A DNA stretch of 28,023 bases, from positions 1-28,023 of the forward strand of contig JAPWTZ010000006.1 in the NCBI GenBank assembly GCA_028275775.1. Direction: 5' to 3'. This document shows, piece after piece, positions 8,994 to 17,711 of this stretch. Made by a program: the position numbers and the translations under genes. The notes beneath the pieces are model-generated. The model was given only the letters and a program-made list of their open reading frames with translations, was not told the DNA's origin and ran no database searches. This stretch comes from Candidatus Nanopusillus sp. (lineage in GTDB: Archaea > Nanobdellota > Nanobdellia > Nanobdellales > Nanobdellaceae). Position 1 is the stretch's first letter. Each line of letters opens with the position of its first letter.

Positions 8994-9686
8994 TTAAATA
9001 CCAATGTACTCTCTTATATATTTTATATCATAATTTAAATTCAATTTTTTAGATATATTTAATATATTATTTAAATCTCTATTAAGAAATTCTTCAGAAT
9101 ATGGAGAATCAATTGGTATTGATTGAGATACATCTATTATATATGGAACATTATTAAATATAATTATATTATATTCTGAAAAATCTCCATGAATTAATTT
9201 AGCCTTATTATATATTTTTTTATATTGATCTAATATATCAAAAAATAATTCTTCCTTATTTTCAATTGAATCATAACAATCATGTAATAATAATGGACCT
9301 TTTTCATAACCTATATATTCCATTACCAATATATTTCCTTTATATAAATATGGAATTGGAACTCTTACTAAATTTTTATACATTTTTCTTAAGTTCATAT
9401 ATTCTTTCTTTACCCATGTATATATTATCCCAATCTTTGTTCTTGGAAATTTATATATTCTAGGATCAGCTTTTAAATAATTTACCTGTTCTTTATAACT
9501 TATTGACATTATTTTATATATTTTTATTGCAAATTTCCCAGATCTTACAACAATTGCTTCCTTTCCTTCAGATATTAATGTTAAATCATCTTCTATATAA
9601 TGATCTTTATACAATTTATCTAAATAGTATAATGTATTTTTATCAAATACTTTTCCATATACTTTCCATATTTCTCTATATTTCAT
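8994..9686 (-). CDS. rio1: RIO-type serine kinase (Rio1-like; no N-terminal wHTH)
   Basis: Contains EGKEAIVV, FAIKIYK, LVMEYIG, the catalytic LIHGDFSEYNIII, and IIDVSQS. Confidence 0.8.
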   Translation of the reverse strand: MKYREIWKVYGKVFDKNTLYYLDKLYKDHYIEDDLTLISEGKEAIVVRSGKFAIKIYKIMSISYKEQVNYLKADPRIYKFPRTKIGIIYTWVKKEYMNLRKMYKNLVRVPIPYLYKGNILVMEYIGYEKGPLLLHDCYDSIENKEELFFDILDQYKKIYNKAKLIHGDFSEYNIIIFNNVPYIIDVSQSIPIDSPYSEEFLNRDLNNILNISKKLNLNYDIKYIREYIGI

Positions 9687-10435
9687 ACTAATATATCTAT
9701 AAGACTAGCTCTTAAGCCTGGTAAGAATCCTAAATAAAATAACATTATATATATTACATTTGCTAGATCTTCATTTAAATAATATTTTGCATAAAGTGCA
9801 ATAAATAATGTTAAAGATAATTTTAATCCATAAAATAATAAAGGATTACCATATTGAAAAATAAGGATATTTAATAACTGATGTTCTGATTGTAAATTAA
9901 AATAATATATTGAAATAATTGAAAAAATTGTTTCATATATTTCTCCAAATATTGATAAATAAAATAATTTTTCTTTATATGATAAATAAATTAAAAGAGA
10001 AAATAATAAAATAAATATTAAAAATGGTAATAGATTTATTGGTCTTCCAAAAATAAAAAATGGAATTTCCAATATTAAAATTGCCAATAATATATATAGA
10101 TAGTATTTCCTATATTTATATAAAAATAAAATTGGTAAAAAAGATATTAAGATCCATAATTCTAATAAAGGAGTAAATAATAAATATGTTTTTATTGTAT
10201 AGCCAAGATCTATATTTACCCTAGGAATAATAAATATTAAAGTTAAAATAATTAGATCTAATAAAAAATATTTATCAATAATTACTTTTTTATTTTTTAC
10301 AAAAAGATAATAAAAAAGAATAAAACCAATAACAAATAATAATCCATATAAAAATGTATTATATATATTATATTGATATTGATATCCTATTACTGGATAT
10401 ATAAAATATTGATAAAAAAATTGATATAGATTCAT
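9683..10435 (-). CDS. Polytopic membrane protein, tentatively DUF63-like
   Basis: About 7 hydrophobic segments. The N-terminal pattern YFIYPV...YNIYNTFLYGLLFVIGF...IIDKYFLL...PRVNIDLG resembles my memory of the archaeal DUF63 family. No GxGD motif, so it is not a prepilin peptidase. Confidence 0.5.
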   Translation of the reverse strand: MNLYQFFYQYFIYPVIGYQYQYNIYNTFLYGLLFVIGFILFYYLFVKNKKVIIDKYFLLDLIILTLIFIIPRVNIDLGYTIKTYLLFTPLLELWILISFLPILFLYKYRKYYLYILLAILILEIPFFIFGRPINLLPFLIFILLFSLLIYLSYKEKLFYLSIFGEIYETIFSIISIYYFNLQSEHQLLNILIFQYGNPLLFYGLKLSLTLFIALYAKYYLNEDLANVIYIMLFYLGFLPGLRASLIDILV

Positions 10436-10827
10436 TAACGCCTATAATATTGAAAATATTGGAGTAAATTATTTAATAGAGCAATTATATTATCTAATTT
10501 TGTTGCAATTGTATCCAATTTTGTATTTAATATTTGAATTATATTATAATCAACTTGACTTGTATATTGATTATTATATCCATAATTTTGTGGAAAATTT
10601 GGTAAATATGCTTGAGGACTTAATTGTCCTGGAAATTGATTTTGTTGAAATGGATTTTGATTTTGAACTGGTGGTGGTAATGGAGGTGGTAATGGTTCAT
10701 TTGGAAATGGACCTGGAGGAAAATTTCCTGGTCCTCCTGGTGGATAATTCATAAAATTTCCTTGCTGATCTATATCATAATCTTCATCCTTTCTTCCAAA
10801 AAGATTCTTTATAAAATCAAATGCCAT
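10435..10827 (-). CDS. Hypothetical P/Q/N-rich protein with a C-terminal coiled coil (130 aa)
   Basis: N-terminus MAFDFIKNLFGRKDED, then YPPGGPGNFPPGPFPNEPLPPPLPPPVQNQNPFQQNQFPGQ, then LNTKLDTIATKLDNIIALLNNLLQY. Its stop shares one nucleotide with the downstream start. Confidence 0.6.
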   Translation of the reverse strand: MAFDFIKNLFGRKDEDYDIDQQGNFMNYPPGGPGNFPPGPFPNEPLPPPLPPPVQNQNPFQQNQFPGQLSPQAYLPNFPQNYGYNNQYTSQVDYNIIQILNTKLDTIATKLDNIIALLNNLLQYFQYYRR

Positions 10828-10858
10828 ATAATATTATAAAATTCCTTAATATATAAAA

Positions 10859-11482
10859 TTATTCTTCTTCCTCTTCCAAACCTTTTTCCATAAATTCTTC
10901 ATAAGAAATAGGTAATTCTCCTTTTTTAGATAATAATCCTCTATTTCTTAAATATTCTCTAGCAATAATATAATATAATAAAGCTAAAGATTTTGCCCCC
11001 CTATTATTTGCCGGTATAGCAATATCAATATAACTTAAAGAATTGTTTGTATCAACAAAAGCAATTGTTATTTTTCCAGTTCTATATGCATCTAATAATG
11101 CATTTCTATCAAGTATTGGATCTGTTATTATAACAACATCAACATCTTTAAATATATCTAAAGCTGGATTTGTTAATAATCCTGGAGGATATCTCTTTGG
11201 ATAAACATTTATTCCTGTATATTTATTTAGCATTTGTAATGGTTTTCTTGCAGTTTCTCTTCTTCCAACTGCTAATATTTGATATGGTTCATATCTTGAT
11301 AATAATTTTGTTGATAATCTTAATCTTTCATCTAATTTCATTACATCTATAATTGCCAATCCATCAGATCTTACTCTTGCAATAAACTTTTTTGTCTGTT
11401 TATTTTTTATTTTTGTACCTATATGAACACCTGCCTTTATATATTCTTCTAAACTAACCAACCAAATATTTTCTTGCGCCAT
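10859..11482 (-). CDS. rps2: 30S ribosomal protein S2 (uS2)
   Basis: KAGVHIGTKIKNKQTKKFIARVRSDGLAIIDVMKLDERL plus the ITDPILDRNALLDA block. The track start at 11530 overlaps rpl2 by 47 nt. The internal ATG at 11482 (MAQENIW) sits directly next to the rpl2 stop and is the likelier start. Confidence 0.9.
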   Translation of the reverse strand: MAQENIWLVSLEEYIKAGVHIGTKIKNKQTKKFIARVRSDGLAIIDVMKLDERLRLSTKLLSRYEPYQILAVGRRETARKPLQMLNKYTGINVYPKRYPPGLLTNPALDIFKDVDVVIITDPILDRNALLDAYRTGKITIAFVDTNNSLSYIDIAIPANNRGAKSLALLYYIIAREYLRNRGLLSKKGELPISYEEFMEKGLEEEEE

Positions 11483-11483
11483 T

Positions 11484-12215
11484 TTATATTGCCTTCTTCC
11501 TTCCAGTTCTTCTTGAGCCATATTTACCATATTTTATTGGATATCCATGTTTGGGTAATGGAGTCATTCCACCTTTATTTCTCTTATGTTTACCTCCCAA
11601 TGGATGGTCTGAAGCATTTCTTGCAGTTGGTTTACTAATTGGCCATTTTCTATGATGAGATTTTTTAAAATAATATTTATTTCCAGCTTTAACAAATGGT
11701 TTATCTGTTCTTCCACCCCCAGCAATCGTTCCCAATATTGCTCTAGAATATAAATTAACCATTTTTGTTTTTCCAGATGGTAATTTTAATATTGCATATT
11801 TATCTGTCTTTTGAACTAATATACATGATGTACCAGATGTTCTTGCAATTTTTCCCCCATCACCTGGAGAAATTTCTACCATACAAACACTTGAACCATC
11901 CGGAATAACCTTTAATGGTAAAATATTTCCATTCTCTACTGGAGCATTTACACCTGCATAAATTTCTTTCCCAACATATAAACCTTCAACAGCAGGAACT
12001 AAAATTTCTTCTCCAGTTTCAAATTTTATTTTAGCAATTGGAGCATAATGAACCCTATCCTTTATTATATCTACAACAACACCTTTTACCTTATCCTTCA
12101 TTTCTTTTTCATCTAAAGGTCTAAAAGAAAATTTTCCTATTGAATAAAAATCTGGGACTTTATATATATTCTTTCCCTTACCTAATCTTTGTTGTAATAA
12201 TGTATTTCCACCCAT
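11484..12215 (-). CDS. rpl2: 50S ribosomal protein L2 (uL2)
   Basis: Contains GRTDKPFVKAGNKYY, SDHPLGGKHKRNKGG, and a GYPIKYG...SRRTGRKK tail. Confidence 0.95.
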   Translation of the reverse strand: MGGNTLLQQRLGKGKNIYKVPDFYSIGKFSFRPLDEKEMKDKVKGVVVDIIKDRVHYAPIAKIKFETGEEILVPAVEGLYVGKEIYAGVNAPVENGNILPLKVIPDGSSVCMVEISPGDGGKIARTSGTSCILVQKTDKYAILKLPSGKTKMVNLYSRAILGTIAGGGRTDKPFVKAGNKYYFKKSHHRKWPISKPTARNASDHPLGGKHKRNKGGMTPLPKHGYPIKYGKYGSRRTGRKKAI

Positions 12216-12216
12216 T

Positions 12217-12477
12217 TTATATTAATCCTAATTTAGATAATATATCTTGGGCCTTATATTCTTTTTCTAATGTAACATATGCCTTTTTTCTTCCTTTATA
12301 ATCTATTAATGTATTTACTTTCTTTACTTTAACATTAAATAATTTTTCAACAGCTTCTTTTATATCTCTCTTTGTAGCAGATCTATTTACAATAAAAATA
12401 ACTTTATTATATTTATCAAGCAAATACATATCTTTTTCTGTTAATTCAGCATAAAGTATAACATCTTTTATATCCAT
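12217..12477 (-). CDS. rpl23: 50S ribosomal protein L23 (uL23)
   Basis: 86 aa. Contains TEKDMYLLDKYNKVIFIVNRSATKRDIKEAVEKLFNVKVKKVNTL...KKAYVTL. Positioned between L4 and L2. Confidence 0.9.
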   Translation of the reverse strand: MDIKDVILYAELTEKDMYLLDKYNKVIFIVNRSATKRDIKEAVEKLFNVKVKKVNTLIDYKGRKKAYVTLEKEYKAQDILSKLGLI

Positions 12478-12487
12478 TTTATATTCT

Positions 12488-13315
12488 TCATATATATAAG
12501 TTTCTTAAATCTTCTATTGCCTTTTCACTCCATATAATAAATCTACCAACTTTACCACCAGGAGCCAATTTTTCTATATTTAATTGATTTACTTTTGAAA
12601 ATTCTACACCCTCAATAGAAACCTTTGGTAATTCAGAATCTGAAGATAATACAAATAAAATTCCTCTATATTTTTTTATCCTTCTATTTCTCATTTTTCC
12701 TTTTCCAGCTCTTTGCTTTTTATTTTCTTTTACATATTCAATAAATTTTGCTATTTTTAATTTATCAAATAAATTTCTGTATTCTTTTGCTTTCTTTAAT
12801 TCTTCTAGATTTGATACAACAATTGGTAGACCAAAAGTAGTGATTGCTTCATTTAAATAAATAAAAGATTTTGTATATCTATTTTTTATATAATCTACAT
12901 TTGAAGATGCAGAAATTGCAGATAATATTGCTAATCTCTTTTCTTTCTTATTTATTTTTCTATACCAATTTTTTTCAGGTTTTGGTGGATGTGCTCTTCT
13001 TCCTTTTACAGAACCTGGTATTACTCTAGTTATCCATACAAAATTGCCAGCAAATTTTGCAAATATTGATCTAGGAACTCTTGATATACCTCTTTTATAT
13101 GATGATCTATATGTATATCTTCTCTTTGATGTCCATGCAGAAGCCTCCATACCTGCATATTTATATGGACCATATGGTACTCTATGACTTAACATATATG
13201 CCCTAAATACTTTATATACTATATCCTCCCTTATTTCAAATTTAAAATGTTCAGGTAACTCTATTTCTTTTATTTTATTACCTTCCTTATCATAAACAGA
13301 TATCATATTTTCCAT
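12488..13315 (-). CDS. rpl4: 50S ribosomal protein L4 (uL4, L1e type)
   Basis: Contains ISRVPR, GRRAHPPKPEKNWYRKINKKEKRLAILSAISA, and a KLAPGGKVGRFIIWSE tail. Confidence 0.9.
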   Translation of the reverse strand: MENMISVYDKEGNKIKEIELPEHFKFEIREDIVYKVFRAYMLSHRVPYGPYKYAGMEASAWTSKRRYTYRSSYKRGISRVPRSIFAKFAGNFVWITRVIPGSVKGRRAHPPKPEKNWYRKINKKEKRLAILSAISASSNVDYIKNRYTKSFIYLNEAITTFGLPIVVSNLEELKKAKEYRNLFDKLKIAKFIEYVKENKKQRAGKGKMRNRRIKKYRGILFVLSSDSELPKVSIEGVEFSKVNQLNIEKLAPGGKVGRFIIWSEKAIEDLRNLYI

Positions 13316-13378
13316 GGCTATATTTTATATATAAAACATATTTAAATCTTTATAATAACTCACATTAACTATTAAGAT

Positions 13379-15028
13379 ATGTATGAATTTATTAGTGATA
13401 TTATAAAAAAAAGCCTTAGAAAGATTACTATAATATTTAGCACAATAATTTTATTAATAATTATAATAGGAAAATATTTACCAGTATTAAAAATATATTA
13501 TCCTGTTTTATATTTATCTGCTGTTGTTTTTTCATTAGAAGTTATATTTCTAGAATATTATAAAACAAAAAAATCATTAGATAAATCTTTATTATATTAT
13601 ATAGCATATTTATATTCTCTTTCATTTTCTACAAGTAATATTAAAAGATTATTAGAAATTGCAATTGAAGAAAAAGCAGAATTTAAGGATATAAATTATT
13701 ATATGTCAAAGATTCTTTTTTTAACAAATAAATATAATTATACAATCCCAGAGGCTATAAGATATGTTTTACCATATATTCCAAATAGTAATTTTAAAAG
13801 TTTTCTAGAAAGATTTGCAACATCAATTGATATTGGAGAAGAAGTTCCAGAATTTTTATATAAGGAATATGAAACACAATTGGCAATATATGAAGCAAAT
13901 TATGAAAAGGGTTTAGAAAATATAAGATTATTGGATGAATTTGTAATATCATTATTATCTTCTTTAGGATTTGCATTTTCTTTAATATTATTTATACCTT
14001 TCTTAGTAAGTACAAATATTGTATTTTTGTTAGCAGATTTCTTTATAATATTTATTGTAGTTAATTTACTTATATATTATGTATCAAAATATTACATTCC
14101 AGATGATGGATTATGGTCAAATTCAAAAGAAAAGCCAAAAGAATATGTAACAATAAGATATTTATTTTATCTTTTATCATTTTTATCTTATATATTATTT
14201 TTAGCACTATTTTTAGTATTAAAGTTACAATTATTGGAAGCATTTGCAATAGCAGCAACACCTTTGGCATATGTAAGTTATAGGATGATATTATTAGAAA
14301 GAGCATTAAAAATAAAAGAAAATCATTTTCCAGCATTTTTTAGTAGTATAATAGAATATTCAGAAATATTTGGAAGTAATCAAACAAAAATATTGGATAA
14401 TGTTGTTATACATGATTTTGGTTTATTAAATGAAGATATTAATAGATTGAGAAAAAGAGCAAATATAACAAAAAATTATTCAGAATCTTGGAGATATTTT
14501 ATAGTTGAACTAGGTAGTTCAATTGCAGAAAAAATAATAAAAGTATTTGAAAAAGTTTTATCATATAATGGAGATACAAAGAAAGCAGGAGATATGTTAT
14601 ATAATATATTAATAAAGATAATTGAACTTAGATCTAGGAAATCTCAATTTATATCTAATTTAAGAGGTATTATATATGGAACATATATAGCATTTATAGC
14701 AATTTTATTTATAGTTGCTCAAATATTATATTTGTTAAATCAAATGTTTCAAGGTGTATCTACAGCACTTGGTACTGCAGTAGCTCAAGTAGGTATAAAT
14801 ATATATACACTTTCAATTCCTCTATATATATTGCAAGATTATATATTTGTAATATCTATTATTGAAGCTTTTATATTAGCTGGAGCATTAAAAAATATAG
14901 ATGGAGGATCTAAACTTGGAATGTTTTTAGATGCAACAGTTATGATATGGTTAAGTGCATTATTAAATATTGGAGTATATTATTTATTTACTCATGTATT
15001 TTCTGGTCTATCTTTAGTAAAAATATAA
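13379..15028 (+). CDS. FlaJ/ArlJ/TadC-like polytopic platform protein of a type IV pilus/archaellum assembly system
   Basis: 549 aa. Two soluble T2SS-F-like modules, each followed by TM helices. Module 1 is ~65-185, with IPEAIRYVLPYIPNSNFKSFLERFATSIDIGEEVPEFL. Module 2 is ~300-440, with FPAFFSSIIEYSEIFGSNQTKIL...SESWRYFIVELGSSIAEKIIKVFEKVLSYNGDTKKAGDML. Confidence 0.6.
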   Translation: MYEFISDIIKKSLRKITIIFSTIILLIIIIGKYLPVLKIYYPVLYLSAVVFSLEVIFLEYYKTKKSLDKSLLYYIAYLYSLSFSTSNIKRLLEIAIEEKAEFKDINYYMSKILFLTNKYNYTIPEAIRYVLPYIPNSNFKSFLERFATSIDIGEEVPEFLYKEYETQLAIYEANYEKGLENIRLLDEFVISLLSSLGFAFSLILFIPFLVSTNIVFLLADFFIIFIVVNLLIYYVSKYYIPDDGLWSNSKEKPKEYVTIRYLFYLLSFLSYILFLALFLVLKLQLLEAFAIAATPLAYVSYRMILLERALKIKENHFPAFFSSIIEYSEIFGSNQTKILDNVVIHDFGLLNEDINRLRKRANITKNYSESWRYFIVELGSSIAEKIIKVFEKVLSYNGDTKKAGDMLYNILIKIIELRSRKSQFISNLRGIIYGTYIAFIAILFIVAQILYLLNQMFQGVSTALGTAVAQVGINIYTLSIPLYILQDYIFVISIIEAFILAGALKNIDGGSKLGMFLDATVMIWLSALLNIGVYYLFTHVFSGLSLVKI

Positions 15029-15468
15029 CTTATTTTTCTTTCTTTTGGTATAAAATCTTTTAATATATTATTTTTAATATAAACACTACATAAAATATCA
15101 TTATTATCTTTTGCGATATAAAAACCATTTTCATAATTTTTATCTAACTTTATATTTTCATTATATTTATAAAAAAGACTTTCCTTTTTTATTTCAATAA
15201 TTTTATTAGAATTTATCCCAAAGATCTGCGCACCTTCTATACTAAATCTATATCTATTATTTTTTTCTATTTTAATTACATATAGACCATATTTCTTTAT
15301 ATATTTTTCATCTAAAAAATCTGGAAAATTTTTATTAAACATATATATTTTATCTTTATTAATGAAAAATCTGTATTTTTTTATTATTGACCTATCTATA
15401 TTTATATTATAGTATTCTTCTATTTTCTTAAATATTTCTTCTATATTCTTTTTATTTAATTCTTTCAT
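14992..15468 (-). CDS. Hypothetical protein, possibly a PUA/Nip7-like RNA-binding protein
   Basis: 158-aa ATG ORF whose start overlaps the rfcL stop by 4 nt. The tail ...ILCSVYIKNNILKDFIPKERK resembles the C-terminal ends of PUA/Nip7-type domains. The functional call is weak. Confidence 0.45.
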   Translation of the reverse strand: MKELNKKNIEEIFKKIEEYYNINIDRSIIKKYRFFINKDKIYMFNKNFPDFLDEKYIKKYGLYVIKIEKNNRYRFSIEGAQIFGINSNKIIEIKKESLFYKYNENIKLDKNYENGFYIAKDNNDILCSVYIKNNILKDFIPKERKISYIFTKDRPENT

Positions 15469-16691
15469 AATTTTTCTACAGCCTCTTTTATATATGATAT
15501 TTCATTTTCATCAAATCCCAATATTTTTGCATATTCTTTTCCTATTTTTTCATTTTCTTTCATTAAAACAATCAATGTATTTATATATACTTCCCTAACT
15601 CTATGTTTTGATGTATGAACCTTCTTTTGTAAATTTTTTGATAATTCTTCAATTTTTTCTCTTATCTCTTTATTTTGCGATAATCTTCTTACATATTGTG
15701 GCATCCTATATTTTGTAAATTTATTATATCTTTTTTCTTTTGCTAATGCAACACCAGCATACATTAATGTTGTAAAATATTTTAATAGATCCCAATATTG
15801 TCTTCTATAAATTCTTCCATAAAATACAATTGCCAATGATAACCAATTATAAGCTTCATATATTTCTTTTATATCTTCATATTCATTTGATATATTTTCT
15901 TCAACCCATGCTTTAATTTCCTCAGGATCCATATCTACATCTGCAAAAGGTAATGTAGCACCAGCTATTGTATTTGCTTTAAACATTTGACCTAGTGCTT
16001 TAAATATTGTAATTTCTCTTTCTCTATAACCTAAGACTTCCAAATCTTTTAATGTAATATGATTACTCATCATTGCTAATGCTTGTAAATCATTTATTGC
16101 ACTTCTTAAATCACCAGAAGATCTTTCTGCAAGTGCAGATAATGCATTTTCATCAATTGTTATTTTTTCATTTGTACAAATTCTCTTTAATTGTCTTATT
16201 ATATCATAATTTGATAATTTTTTGAATTCAACCATATCACATAAATCTCTTAATTTCTTAAATTTTGGATCCCATGGATCATTTGCAGTTAATATTATTG
16301 GCCACTTCGATTCTTCTATTATTTTTGCTAATGCTCCAACTCCACCTCTATCTTGAAATCCAGCTAATCCATCGACTTCATCAACTAAAATTATCCTTCC
16401 TTTTTTAAAAAATGGTTTTCCCTTTATTGCTTCTCCCAATTTTTCATGTATAACTCTTGCATTTCTATTATCTGAAGCATTTAATTCTACAACTTCATAA
16501 TTTAAATCATTTGCAATTGCATATATTGATGACGTTTTTCCAACACCTGGAGGACCATATATTAATAATGCTTTTTTATCTACATTTGGATATTTTTCAA
16601 TAAAGGATTTTATTTTCCCAATAGCTTCTGACTGATTAATTATTTCATTAATATGTTTAGGTGCATATTTTTTTATCCATGGCTCAACCAT
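15465..16691 (-). CDS. rfcL: Replication factor C large subunit
   Basis: Contains WIKKYAPKHINEI, Walker A GPPGVGKTS, LNASDNR, DEVDG, and the SGDLRSAINDLQ sensor region. Confidence 0.85.
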   Translation of the reverse strand: MVEPWIKKYAPKHINEIINQSEAIGKIKSFIEKYPNVDKKALLIYGPPGVGKTSSIYAIANDLNYEVVELNASDNRNARVIHEKLGEAIKGKPFFKKGRIILVDEVDGLAGFQDRGGVGALAKIIEESKWPIILTANDPWDPKFKKLRDLCDMVEFKKLSNYDIIRQLKRICTNEKITIDENALSALAERSSGDLRSAINDLQALAMMSNHITLKDLEVLGYREREITIFKALGQMFKANTIAGATLPFADVDMDPEEIKAWVEENISNEYEDIKEIYEAYNWLSLAIVFYGRIYRRQYWDLLKYFTTLMYAGVALAKEKRYNKFTKYRMPQYVRRLSQNKEIREKIEELSKNLQKKVHTSKHRVREVYINTLIVLMKENEKIGKEYAKILGFDENEISYIKEAVEKL

Positions 16692-16740
16692 TATAATATA
16701 TTTTAAATGCTAGATATTAAAATATGCGAAGTGTATTTAC

Positions 16741-16810
16741 TATAGTTACTATTTGATTATAGATAACAACGATAGATTTAAAAACTTTTTTATTAGTAAT
16801 TTTAGTTATG
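16741..16810 (+). promoter_or_regulatory. Conserved promoter-to-ATG element, copy A, with the TATA-like tttaaaaa at 16777-16784
   Basis: 54/70 ungapped identity with 17642-17711, with the ATG in register. The TATA centre lies ~27 nt upstream of ATG 16808, which implies a leaderless mRNA. Confidence 0.55.
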
Positions 16811-17562
16811 GAAGAGCCTATGTCTGATGATTTAAAGACAGAATTTTTTTCTTGATATTAAAATTAGGGAATGCATTGAGGAATAAGGCATATGAAGAAG
16901 AGTTAGGAAGAGAGTTTGTAAAAGAATTTGGAGAAAAATTAGTAGAATATGGAAAAAAATCATATAAAGATTATCAAAAAGAATTACAAAAGATACACAA
17001 AAAACTGCCCAAAGCACATAGAGTGGCACTAGATGTATTACTAGAAAAGATAGATATTTATAATCCATGTAAAAGAGAACCAACATGTTTAGATCCATAT
17101 GAATGGCTACTTATTTCTCACTATATATCTATAAATAACTTAAAAACCACTATAATAAGAAGTATTAACAAGCATCTTGAAAGATTAGATCCTACACAAC
17201 CAAATTATGATAAAGAAATTAAAAATATACGAGATGTTTTAATATATCTATCAGGGGTATATAAAACATTATTATTAGCTTATACGTTAGTGGTAGACAA
17301 CGCATTAAGCACCCATAAAAACCCATTGCATGATAAAATGGTTGAGCAGATAGAACGTTTAAAAGCATCTGATGACATTCAGAATTATATTCATGCAATT
17401 CAGGACTATATTCAGAAAGAGATGGAAAGGATCGACTTAGCATATCAAACGGCATCTAGCTATATTGAAGATACTATAGAAGAACTTTTCTATAAGAATG
17501 AAGAGGGATTTATTGAAAAGCTAACAAATGCATTACTTAAATATAGTAGGAATAGTTCATAA
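16808..17562 (+). CDS. Orphan alpha-helical protein, cassette A, interrupted by a frameshift at a T7 run
   Basis: ATG 16808 sits in the conserved promoter register and opens a 15-codon frame that stops at 16853-16855. The long ORF (track 16852..17562, TTG start) is in the -1 frame and has no in-frame ATG for ~160 codons. The two frames overlap only across 16831-16852, which contains the T7 run at 16844-16850. Confidence 0.55.
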
Positions 17563-17579
17563 GATAAATTAATATAATT

Positions 17580-17610
17580 CTTTTTTATTTATTTTTTATT
17601 TAATAACTAA
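17580..17610 (+). terminator. Conserved oligo-T 3' flank of cassette A (cttttttatttattttttatttaataactaa)
   Basis: T6 and T6 runs typical of archaeal termination. 29/31 identical to 18986-19016. Confidence 0.4.
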
Positions 17611-17641
17611 TTTACAACTATATTTTTATATAAGATATTGA

Positions 17642-17711
17642 TATAACTACTATCTGATCATAGATAGTAACAATAGATTTAAAAATCTTTTCAATAATAT
17701 ACTTACTTATG
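17642..17711 (+). promoter_or_regulatory. Conserved promoter-to-ATG element, copy B, with TATA-like tttaaaaa at 17678-17685 and an 8-6-8 inverted repeat at 17648-17669
   Basis: See copy A. The repeat tactatct-gatcat-agatagta has perfect 8-bp arms immediately upstream of the TATA box. Confidence 0.55.

Noticed and set aside
9683-10435. Polytopic membrane protein considered as the prepilin peptidase (PibD/FlaK)
   Set aside because: It has no GxGD-type second catalytic aspartate motif, and its N-terminal pattern resembles DUF63 instead.
11483-11530. 16-codon N-terminal extension of rps2 overlapping rpl2 by 47 nt
   Set aside because: The internal ATG at 11482 abuts the rpl2 stop, and the conserved uS2 sequence starts after it. 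The extension (MVNMAQEELEGRRQYK) is probably not translated.
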